A stretch of 64,000 nucleotides of DNA, taken from an uncultured Acidobacteriaceae bacterium (GTDB lineage Bacteria > Acidobacteriota > Terriglobia > Terriglobales > Acidobacteriaceae). Below the pieces are notes generated by a model. It was not told the DNA's origin, made no database searches, and worked only from the letters and a program-made list of their open reading frames with translations. A program made the position numbers and the translations under genes. The first letter of the stretch is position 1. Every line of letters starts with the position of its first letter. Positions 1 through 8,289 of this stretch are shown one piece after another. The DNA lies in contig CAVYKW010000007.1 of the NCBI GenBank assembly GCA_963769235.1, positions 112,630-176,629 on the forward strand. Reading direction: 5' to 3'.

Positions 1-221
1 ACTAATTGTTCGATGTTGACCCGTTCGAGAACGTCGTTAAGAACTGGCCTCCGGGTGTCGTCCCCGATTAGGGAACCATTCGCGATCTGGGAAATCGTCC
101 CGAATGAGAGGCGCGCGGTAAGTTCGTCGACTAGCGGAGCATCCCTGCCATCCACTTCCAGCCCGCCGCGTGAAACGAGAACCTCCCATGCATCCTTGGC
201 CGAATAAAGAATGTCGGACAT
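1..221 (-). CDS. hypothetical protein, N-terminal part only (gene runs off the left edge)
   Basis: Hand translation of the minus strand. ATG at 221-219 is preceded by a G-rich SD-like GGGGGGAA. It reads MSDILYSAKDAWEVLVSRGGLEVDGRDAPLVDELTARLSFGTISQIANGSLIGDDTRRPVLNDVLERVNIEQL and stays open to base 1. It is absent from the ORF track because there is no stop in the window. No family recognised. Confidence 0.35.
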   Translation of the reverse strand, partial: MSDILYSAKDAWEVLVSRGGLEVDGRDAPLVDELTARLSFGTISQIANGSLIGDDTRRPVLNDVLERVNIEQL

Positions 222-684
222 GTTCCCCCCGCATCACCAAAGCCTGGCCCTCCGCTCCGGTTTGCGCATCGGAATCAAGATAACTCGCCGGTGTTCATTT
301 CACACTGCGATTGCGTAGACCGCAACGCACGAAGCAACGACTTCCGGAACATTGGATCACAAGGGCTCGTCCCGTGGGGCATTTCTCGGTACGGTCCGTG
401 AATCCCTAGCGAACCTAGGCTAGATGAATGGCTTGGGCATTTCTCGTCAACTTGGCGTCGGTACTTCACGACCGGCCCGGCGAAGCTTCCCCGAACCCCG
501 TTTCTGGACTGCTTCAAGTTTTGCGTGTCGGTTAGACCGTTATAGGCAGACGAGCGTCTGACACGTAAGATCAAGGAGAGCTGAAAGGTGGACCATCATC
601 CCCGTCGTCAGCAGTTTTGGGCGATCGACGGTGTAGAGGTCACGCGTGACGGCTCCGACTCGACAAGAAAGAGCCTTCTGCAAC

Positions 685-1725
685 ATGAAGTACGACGTCT
701 TCATCTCCTTCAAAAACTCTGGCAAGGATGGTTTGCCAACGCCGGATTCCACGCACGCACGCGCCGTTTACAAAGCGCTCATCACAATCGGGTTGAAGGT
801 GTTCTTCAGTGAAGAGTCGCTCGCCGAGGCGGGACAGGGCAATTTCTCCAGAAGCATCGAGACTGCGCTCGAATCGGCCCGCATTTTGATTCTCGTGGCC
901 TCCTGCCGCGAACACATCGATTCGCGCTGGGTCGAAGCTGAGTGGGATTCTTTTCTCCAGGACCTGCGCAGCGGCAACAAGCAGGGCGAACTGTTCATCC
1001 TCAACTGCGGGAGCCTGAGCCCAGCCGACCTGCCTCTCTTTCTCCGTCGTCAGCAAATGTTTCCCGCGGACGCCCTCGACAAATTGGTCAAGTTTGTTGG
1101 CAATGCCATGCCGCGGCGTAGCTCGCTCCGCGATTTCATACGGGGATCACTGCACTGTTTCCACCCCAAGAAGGACGAAGATAAAATCTATCTGCTGGCC
1201 GTTCACCCGGGCAGCAACGCAGATACCTACCACGTCACGGCCTACTGGGGTGCGCGAACCGCAAAGAGGCTGAACAGCCAGATGAAAGTCCGTGATGTCT
1301 CGGCAGGGCGGGCCCAGTTGGAAGTGGATAAAGATAAGAAGGAAAAACTCCGCTACGGCTACGTCGAAAAACCCTTTGCCAGGATCTTGACACCCGAAGC
1401 CCGGTCGCTCATGTCGGCATCGCTGGGCTTGCACGAGGCCCCAGGAAAGGCCGGCCCGATCCGTGCGGCCGCCTCGAAGCCGGATCGATCCAGCAAGTCG
1501 CAGCAAGCTGCCGAAGAGACGGCCGGAACACCTGCAAAACGCAAGGTGGAATCGGGCGTGTCTAGGGCGGCCACCAGAGGAAAGACAGCCAAGGCCGATG
1601 CTGCACCGGTCGAGCCGCCAGCCGGGACAAGGGCCACAGCCAAATCGTCGGCCGTCGAGGCCCGGCGGAGGCAAGGCTCAGGGACTAGGAAGTCTGCAGG
1701 TCGAACCCCGACCCGCTCTGAGTAG
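685..1725 (+). CDS. TIR-domain protein fused to a WGR-like module and a Lys/Arg/Ala/Pro-rich basic C-terminal tail
   Basis: ORF 646..1725; preferred start is ATG 685 (MKYDVFISFKNSGKD). Residues 1-135 show TIR hallmarks: the DVFISF start, the ILILVAS strand, and the SRWVEAEW helix with Glu84/Glu86 as candidate catalytic Glu. Residues ~155-230 (KIYLLAVHPGSNADTYHVTAYWGARTAKRLNSQMKV...KEKLRYGYVE) fit the WGR pattern. The last ~100 aa are AKP/R-rich low complexity, like histone H1. Confidence 0.8.
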   Translation: MKYDVFISFKNSGKDGLPTPDSTHARAVYKALITIGLKVFFSEESLAEAGQGNFSRSIETALESARILILVASCREHIDSRWVEAEWDSFLQDLRSGNKQGELFILNCGSLSPADLPLFLRRQQMFPADALDKLVKFVGNAMPRRSSLRDFIRGSLHCFHPKKDEDKIYLLAVHPGSNADTYHVTAYWGARTAKRLNSQMKVRDVSAGRAQLEVDKDKKEKLRYGYVEKPFARILTPEARSLMSASLGLHEAPGKAGPIRAAASKPDRSSKSQQAAEETAGTPAKRKVESGVSRAATRGKTAKADAAPVEPPAGTRATAKSSAVEARRRQGSGTRKSAGRTPTRSE

Positions 1726-2254
1726 TGGCTCGCGGCGAAGTCAGTACGGCGCGCAAGCAACGATGGGTCAAGACTGGCACGGTGGTCGGACCGCTCCGGT
1801 TCCAGCCCCCACTGCGGGCCGGCGGCCTGGATCAGTCCCTCAGCTAATAGACGCTTTCGAAGCTCATATCCACGCCAAGCTCTGGCTGAGGTGGTGGACC
1901 TTACCGGCGTTCACCGGTCCCAAGCGCGAGCTTAAGCGTCTAGACGTCGGGTGATTGCATAATATCGCTCGGCACTTCGGGTTCTGAATGGCGCTGGCGA
2001 GGAATTCCCTTCGCACCGCCAAACGCCCAGGAAGTCCTCTTGCGGGAGATATGGCTGGGTTAGTAACGAGGATACGCCACAGGTCCGGCAATCCACATGA
2101 GCGCATAGCCGGCAAACCGTTGAACTGACACTCGCAAGCAACCCCCGAGATACTGGCTTCTGCGAGATTATTCCCCATACGTCAGCTTCTCTGAAGTAGA
2201 TCTCGGCTTCAGCTTCGTGACTTCGTACCCAAAGCCATACCTTTAGGGACACCG

Positions 2255-2285
2255 CAGGCTGCCTACAATGGCAGCCTGTTTTGTT
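2255..2285 (+). terminator. rho-independent terminator-like hairpin
   Basis: CAGGCTGCC-TACAAT-GGCAGCCTG is a perfect 9-bp stem, followed by TTTTGTT on the plus strand. The minus-strand reading has no U-tract. Confidence 0.5.
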
Positions 2286-2330
2286 GGGGTTAGAGGGACG
2301 TCGGAGCGCACCCTTTTGGACCAGGGTTGA

Positions 2331-2555
2331 TCAGGATTTAGTGGGTGTGTTGGAACGCAGCTGACGCAACAGGGTCGAGAGCTCGTGGTATCGGTTGAAG
2401 TGATCGAGCTCTAACCTGTCGATGTGTTGCTTGAGGGCAGAGATCGCCCCTTGCAGGTCGTGCTGTTCACGATAATGGCGATGGTCCCATAGGATGTAGA
2501 GAATCGCGGCGATAGAAGCCAACGCGATTGCCAGGAATGCTGCGTTGAGGTTCAA
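2331..2555 (-). CDS. small membrane protein (one N-terminal TM helix, coiled C-terminus), last gene of the recombinase operon
   Basis: 74-aa ORF beginning MNLNAAFLAIALASIAAILYILW. Its start overlaps the recombinase stop by 4 nt (2552-2555). No family recognised. Confidence 0.45.
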   Translation of the reverse strand: MNLNAAFLAIALASIAAILYILWDHRHYREQHDLQGAISALKQHIDRLELDHFNRYHELSTLLRQLRSNTPTKS

Positions 2556-3139
2556 GCTTCCCTCCCTGCTTGCTGCCGCAAGGCCCGAGTGATCGAAGTG
2601 CGGGATAGACGATGGATCTTGGACAGTTCACGCAGGCTGAAGCCATGGGCACGATCCCGAAGCAAGGCCTCATGATCGAAGTTGAGCCGTGGCCGGCCGA
2701 TGTGTTGGCCTTCGAGCTTGGCTCTCCTCATGCCGGCCCGGACGCGCTCTACTATAAGGTTGCGCTCGAGCTCGGCGACGGCGCCCACGATGATGACAAC
2801 AGCACGGCCCAGCGGACCGCCGGTGTCGATGTTTTCCCGGAAGCTGACGAACTCGATGTTCAGGTGGTTTAACTCGTCCAGCACTTCCAGGAAGTGGCGG
2901 ACCGAACGAGCCAGCCTGTCGAAAGCCCATACCACGACCACGTCAAAACAGCCATGATGGGCATCTTTCATCAGTTGATCAAGCCCGGGCCGCCGGGCCC
3001 GGGCACCAGAGATCTTATCCACGTATTCTTTGAAGATGGCGAACCCACGTTGCTGGACCAGTTGAATGAGGTCATAACGCTGGGTCTCAGGATGTTGGTC
3101 CAAGCTGCTCACACGTAAGTACAGGGCCGCCCGCTTCAC
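2552..3139 (-). CDS. serine recombinase (resolvase/invertase family)
   Basis: N-terminus AALYLRVSSLDQ carries the catalytic Ser. DVVVVWAFDRLARS, GAVAELERNLIVERVRAGM and a C-terminal HTH (LRELSKIHRLSRTSITRAL) are typical of Hin/Gin/Tn3-resolvase-type enzymes. Confidence 0.9.
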   Translation of the reverse strand: MKRAALYLRVSSLDQHPETQRYDLIQLVQQRGFAIFKEYVDKISGARARRPGLDQLMKDAHHGCFDVVVVWAFDRLARSVRHFLEVLDELNHLNIEFVSFRENIDTGGPLGRAVVIIVGAVAELERNLIVERVRAGMRRAKLEGQHIGRPRLNFDHEALLRDRAHGFSLRELSKIHRLSRTSITRALRQQAGREA

Positions 3140-3396
3140 GCCCGCACCTTTACTCCGACAGCTGCCAGCCGACCACGAATCAACTGCTTTTGTCCGATCA
3201 GGGCGCCTATTTTGTTCACATCGTGGGTTCGAGCGAACAGTTCATGATCTAACTCATCCTGCAGCTTCTGATAGGAACGCATCGCTTCGGCGATGAAGCT
3301 GTCCAAGTCGGCACGGGAGGACGGAGAGGGCGCCGGATCTGCCGGTTTGACGAGATGAAGGTCGGACTGGGGATTGGCTTTCGTGGTCTTCTTCAT
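3136..3396 (-). CDS. hypothetical protein (recombinase operon)
   Basis: 86-aa ORF, 4-nt overlaps with both neighbours (3393-3396 and 3136-3139). Predicted helical. No family recognised. Confidence 0.5.
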   Translation of the reverse strand: MKKTTKANPQSDLHLVKPADPAPSPSSRADLDSFIAEAMRSYQKLQDELDHELFARTHDVNKIGALIGQKQLIRGRLAAVGVKVRA

Positions 3397-3680
3397 TTGC
3401 GTTCACCCCGCCGACGCAGAGATTCAGGCAGGTGCTGGGTTACATATTCATGGATAAAGTCGGTCAGGACGGTGGTCATGTCTTTGCCATCGGCGGCGGT
3501 GGCGGCTTTGAACTGATCGTGCAGGTGACGCTCCACGTTTAGGTTCATACGTTTTAGCTCCGGTACGACTGGCTTAGCTTTCGGTTTCACTGGGCTCACC
3601 TCGCGGCTCGACGTTACGTTCAGCAGGTGAGTATATAGGCTGTCTGAGTATCCAAAGGGCGGCCGGCCCCCTCCTCCCAA
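3393..3680 (-). CDS. ribbon-helix-helix DNA-binding protein, ParG/CopG-like
   Basis: The C-terminal KRMNLNVERHLHDQFKAATAADGKDMTTVLTDFIHEYV has the beta-strand/helix/helix layout of plasmid ParG (KRVNVNFDEEKHTRFKAACARKGTSITDVV...). The N-terminal tail is basic and flexible. The true start is uncertain: 3680 or internal. Confidence 0.6.
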   Translation of the reverse strand: MGGGGRPPFGYSDSLYTHLLNVTSSREVSPVKPKAKPVVPELKRMNLNVERHLHDQFKAATAADGKDMTTVLTDFIHEYVTQHLPESLRRRGERK

Positions 3681-5418
3681 CTCCCCCAGCCAGGATTCCG
3701 GGGCCCATAACAGAGATGTGTCCGGAGAGGCTGATTGGAGTAATACTCATATACTCATTATAGAAACCGGGCTCTGGGCTGTCAAGCCCTAAATTCGGAA
3801 CCAGACCCCTTCCCCCGATCTCCACTATAAGAAGGTGGACCAGCTGCCCCCGTTCAATCTCACTCTCCTGTTCTCTAACGAACAGGGCTATGCTAGTTAC
3901 CAGCGCCTGCTGGGCGTGGTCTTCGTCGACGACGGCGTCGTCTATTCCATCCACGATCAGTTCACCGAACGCAGCCTGGTCTATCTGGCCGAGGACTTTA
4001 CCGAACTGACACCCCTCACCCTGTCCAGTCTGTATCAGCCCAAGGATGTCGGGGTTTCCAGCGCGGCAGCGAGCAGCGGATGTTCGATAAGTGCCGGGTG
4101 CAGCAGTCTCATACCAGGGTTCTCTTCCCACGGGCAGAACTCAATCAGCCTCGCGCGTCTGGTGCCGATCGCCATCGCCGTCAGGGGTTGGGCACTCCAG
4201 CGGAAACCAACGGCCACCACCAGCGCTCTCGCACCCAGACGAAGACATGGGTTCCTTCCTCAGGGACATGCCATGTCCTTGGTCTCTGCTCTGGACTGGA
4301 CTGGGCTGGTAGGGGAGGTGGTCTCTCTGCTGGATAGGGTGGGTGGGGCGCGTTATAAGGGGGCCGGCTTTATCCGGGCCCGCTCTACCTGCACCCGGCT
4401 GGTCTCGGTCTGCGGGAAAGGGGAAAGACTTCTGGGATGTGCTGGTCCCTTCTTTGAGGATTCGACTGGTAGGAGGGGAACGAGAAGAGACAGCAGGTAG
4501 GAGTTGAACTGATAAAAGAAAAGATCCATGGTTGGGCGCGGCTTTTCCTGCCGCCCTGCGGCTGCACGGCTCACCAGGAGCACCCCATCTAACCAGAACA
4601 TCGGTAAGCTCACGCTTACCGACGGAGCAAACTGGCAGGCCATGCTAGGCGGCACCTGACCACCTGGAACAGAGCAATGCTGGGACTTCGGTCCACAGCA
4701 AAAGAACAACAGGCAGGCGCTACGACCGAACCATCTCATGGCGCCGCTTATATCCTTCGACAGCCTCTTCTAGCACTCGGCAGGGGCCATAAACTTCACT
4801 CTGCCGTGGACTCATTTTGCACCAGGATCCTGGCATGAAACCGGTAACCACAAGCAGGTAGGTACAAATTATATAGCAGCCAAAAATAATCGAAATAATC
4901 TCCCGAAAGTGACTTTTCGCAATTCCTGGAGAAGCAGCCAGCCGCTCAAAGGGAGTGATTTTCATGTTCCCCAACTTTCCACCCGGCACTTAGCGAACAT
5001 CGGAGGTCATTTTTGACCCCAGTAGTATGGTAATTCTCAGAAACGCATTTAAACAAAGTTGCTCTTTTGGATAAAAATGGGCGGCCATTTAGCCATCTCT
5101 TTTCTCCAAACCACACTTACAACCCCTTCTGCGATCACAAACTGCCATTTTCTGCCGTCTAGGCGGTCCCTCCCGGAGGCCTCACCCGGCCCCCCTTGCA
5201 GACATACCGCCAGCTTCCTTTGCTGGCGCAAGTCGCCTCGGGAAACGACGGCAAAGCCAGACCCTAACTCCTTCTCCCTTTTAGGATATGCCGATCTGCC
5301 GCACCTCAGGAATTCGTTCGCAATATGATCTGCCAAGGCCCGTCGAACGCTCCCTGTCTTTTCGATGCCAGGGTTCAGGACGCTAGACTTCATGCCCCGA
5401 GGTACTCAGCCTCGGCAG

Positions 5419-5685
5419 TATTCCACCTAGGAATAAATTCGTGGGTGGGGCGGATCCGGATCACACCCCATTCGCAATCGGGATTATTCCTAGCCGGAAT
5501 ATCAGTTTCCCCGACGCCAGAGAACCTATCTCGCATGGGAATATCGGTACCCGAAGGTGCCCGGTACTGTCACCCTAAGAGGTGACCGCCGTGCTTGTCG
5601 CACGACTCGTCGATTCGGCATATTCCAAGTGGGAATAAGGCCACTGTGGAATCTTGCGCTGTCTGCTTTATTCCAGGATGGAATA
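5419..5685. promoter_or_regulatory. array of five 17-bp palindromes TATTCC-N5-GGAATA upstream of the MarR gene
   Basis: Perfect sites at 5419-5435 (TATTCCACCTAGGAATA), 5485-5501 (TATTCCTAGCCGGAATA), 5621-5637 (TATTCCAAGTGGGAATA) and 5669-5685 (TATTCCAGGATGGAATA). A degenerate site lies at 5527-5543 (TATCTCGCATGGGAATA). The last site ends 24 nt before the MarR ATG. Confidence 0.6.
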
Positions 5686-5708
5686 ACGAAGTCAGCGGAG
5701 GCTCATCG

Positions 5709-6140
5709 ATGAATGCAAAACGGTTTTTTCAGCTGTATGCCGTATACAAGGATTGTTTCCCCGGTTTGTCTGACGATCCCCGGCAGATGCTGACCGTACT
5801 CGAGAGGTGCGGCAAAAACCCGGTAACCCAAAGGGAGTTGGCCGTTTTGCTTGGAGTGCGCCAATCCGCTGTTTCCAAAATCGAGCACAAGCTTCTTGCC
5901 GCCGGACTGGTTGAGTTTGTCACGGAGAAGAATAGTTCCAAGAGGCTTCAGCTATCCGCGATCGGACAGAACACTCTAGCCAAGTTCGAAGCTGCGCTCG
6001 ATCGTCTCCTTTCGTCACGCCACGCCAAGACAAGCCGCTCCCGGAGCGCGAATAACGAGTCTCTGTCCATCGCGGACAGGTGTATGGCCAAGAAGATCGC
6101 CCTCGATGCGAAAGTAGGTCAGCGACACCTACAGCTATAA
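5709..6140 (+). CDS. MarR-family winged-helix transcriptional regulator
   Basis: ORF 5595..6140; preferred start is ATG 5709 with GGAG 9 nt upstream. The wHTH reads VTQRELAVLLGVRQSAVSKIEHKLLAAGLVEFVTEKNSSKRLQLSAIG. Confidence 0.75.
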   Translation: MNAKRFFQLYAVYKDCFPGLSDDPRQMLTVLERCGKNPVTQRELAVLLGVRQSAVSKIEHKLLAAGLVEFVTEKNSSKRLQLSAIGQNTLAKFEAALDRLLSSRHAKTSRSRSANNESLSIADRCMAKKIALDAKVGQRHLQL

Positions 6141-6466
6141 GGATGACCATGTAACCCTTGGGTGCAGGGCGTTCGGTTCATTAAGTCCGGCTCTGTGCCT
6201 CATCCGCTGTTTATGCGGTCACGGACGATGAAATATGTGCGGATGGTGTGCCTGGAGCATCCGGAATTCAAGCAAGCTAGAAGTTACGGATCGCGCTACG
6301 TCTGAGCCATAAGCCGGCACACACGTCGCACATCAGGATGAGCGCCAGACGGCAAAACGAGGCGCGCCCGATGACCGACAGGCAGTCGAGAGATGTCCAC
6401 GCTGGCTATCAAATCTGGCACACCGGCGGCACACAATGTCGGCTCGTGATCTTTGAACCTACCGCC

Positions 6467-7440
6467 CTACTCCCTTCCGACCACGGTGTCATACAGCCCA
6501 TAGTGCGTTAGCCCTTCGTGGCTCTCGATCCCCGTGTACCGCAGTGAGGCGTCCTCGTAGCGACGGAATGCGAACACCGCTTGATTCATTTGCTCGGTAT
6601 TAAACACCTTGAGGCGTACGAGGAGGTCGAAATCTCTTACCCTCAGACCGGTAACAGCCAAAAACAAGTCCGGCTCCAGCTTAGTGATCACGTCCTGCAA
6701 CGTGTTCTCGCGAAAATCAGTCAGGTACATGAACGCTGGAATCCGCGTTGCGAACTTGATCAGCTTTTCTTGTACCAGCTTGCGCTTAGACTTGTATTCC
6801 TTCTCTTCATCGGTGAGCTGCTTCTTCTGCTTCTCGCTGAGTTCCTTGTCTTTGGCCTTGTTCTTGAGTTCCTTGACCTTCTCGCTCTTGTTGATGATGG
6901 TCTCGATGATGTGGTCACCCAACGCGCGCCATCCTTCGATTCGCTCTACAGCGGCCATCGCTTCGGGGTTATCGAGGACTCGACGCAACGTGTCGTTGTC
7001 CACGTTGACGAGCAGAGCGCTCTCCCATTTGCGTGCCAGCAGCGTAGCCGAGGTGCCTGTCATCGCAGTTTGTAGAATACCGCCCGCATCTATCTGAATC
7101 ATGTTCGCGCCGTCGTAGGCCAGCACGGGCAGGTACGAGACGAGGTCTCTCACGGCGTTCTCCGGATTTGATTCGTTGGGTGAGAGTCCGATGCCATATT
7201 CGGAGACCTGGCGGAGAGCGCGCGTGAGGGCAAAGTCGAACACAAAGCACACAGGTTTGAGAATCTCTTCCTCGTTCGGGTCGTCGCCATTCGGGTTCCT
7301 GATCGACCATGGAGACTGCACCCGGAAAGCGGCCTGAAAATAGGTTTCGGGACTCTTCAAATTGCGCAGCATCAGGATCGCAGACCATTGTGGAATGGTT
7401 ACGCCAGTGGTTAACCTAGCGAATTCTCCAGAAGTAATGC
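6467..7440 (-). pseudogene. C-terminal fragment of a large SF2 helicase / restriction-associated protein (5' part deleted)
   Basis: The frame stays open upstream of the listed Met and reads ...EFARLTTGVTIPQWSAILMLRNLKSPETYFQAAFRVQSPW. This is a helicase C-terminal domain with a Q..FR..-type motif VI. An in-frame TAA near 7440 ends it, with no helicase motifs I-V upstream in any frame. The C-terminal part includes IPAFMYLTDFRENTL. Confidence 0.6.
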
Positions 7441-7684
7441 TGCCTTTGTTTGTGCTTTACGATTTGCGGGTGGCATACAAACATCTCATCCCGGCAGAGA
7501 AACAGGAGGAGATGAAGACCAGTTGTAGGGCGAGGCTCGGTCTTCCATCGGACTCCTCACTGCAAGTCGTGTACGAAACCATGGTTGCCGGATTAGAGAA
7601 GTCTTTCGATCAGATGGCCGCCTCGGCCATGAAGGCCAAACCAGCGACAGGCCAGACTCAGGATTCTGGTTGATCGTGCGAGGA

Positions 7685-8230
7685 TCAGTTTTCTGGGGGA
7701 AGCGAGTTAAGCAAGGCCAGAAATTCGTTTACATCGGGATCGGCGATTCCGAGGGATGTGAGTTTCCCATGGATGTTTCTGACGTAATTGGCGCAAGCCC
7801 CGTCAGTTCCTACTGCAGTTCGTGCGAGCGCAGCGCGCCGATCTAGGGGCAGAGCGCCCATATAGGTATGGCCGTTTCTGTCGTTCACCGGAGTAAAGGC
7901 TTGAACGGTTTTTCCGTCGGGGAGTTTGACGGGAATTTCGGTCAGGCTAAACGAGCGACCCTCGCGGTTTCCCAGATAGGTCTTTACTTGTTCGGCTCGC
8001 TCTTCCGGAAACTGAAAGGCAGTGCCAAGGCAGCTGAGGTGTGGTGCTGGCTCCAACCCCAATGTCGGAGCTGGCACCTGTCGCGTTCCCCAATTCCTGA
8101 CTGAGGCCTTGTTGAAAGATCGTCGGTAGTTTAGGAGAGAAGCGCCATCCACACGGGTTCCACCGAACTGCTGTTCCCATTGATCCCACATCAGCGAACC
8201 ATAGCCGAAGACCCACATGAGTGGCCGCAC
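7685..8230 (-). CDS. ChaC-like gamma-glutamylcyclotransferase family protein
   Basis: WVFGYGSLMWD N-terminal motif, then RRSFNKASVRNWGT...PAPTLGLEP...G.AFQFPEE..., the layout typical of ChaC/GGCT-fold proteins. Confidence 0.75.
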   Translation of the reverse strand: MRPLMWVFGYGSLMWDQWEQQFGGTRVDGASLLNYRRSFNKASVRNWGTRQVPAPTLGLEPAPHLSCLGTAFQFPEERAEQVKTYLGNREGRSFSLTEIPVKLPDGKTVQAFTPVNDRNGHTYMGALPLDRRAALARTAVGTDGACANYVRNIHGKLTSLGIADPDVNEFLALLNSLPPEN

Positions 8231-8289
8231 TCCTGAAAGGGGTAATCATAGTGTCAGCGGCTTCCCACGACAAGAAAAAGCTTGCGGGC

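Noticed and set aside
1147-1954. ORFs 1147..1674 (minus), 1359..1760 (minus) and 1463..1954 (plus) overlapping the TIR gene tail
   Set aside because: They are generated by the GC-rich Ala/Lys/Arg/Pro codon repeats of the basic tail. They have no independent support.
3574-4500. ORFs 3574..4131 (minus, 185 aa) and 3835..4500 (plus, 221 aa) as real genes
   Set aside because: They overlap each other and neither has a recognisable family. Only the first ~70 codons of the plus-strand ORF look protein-like. I treated the region as decayed or unknown rather than annotating CDSs.
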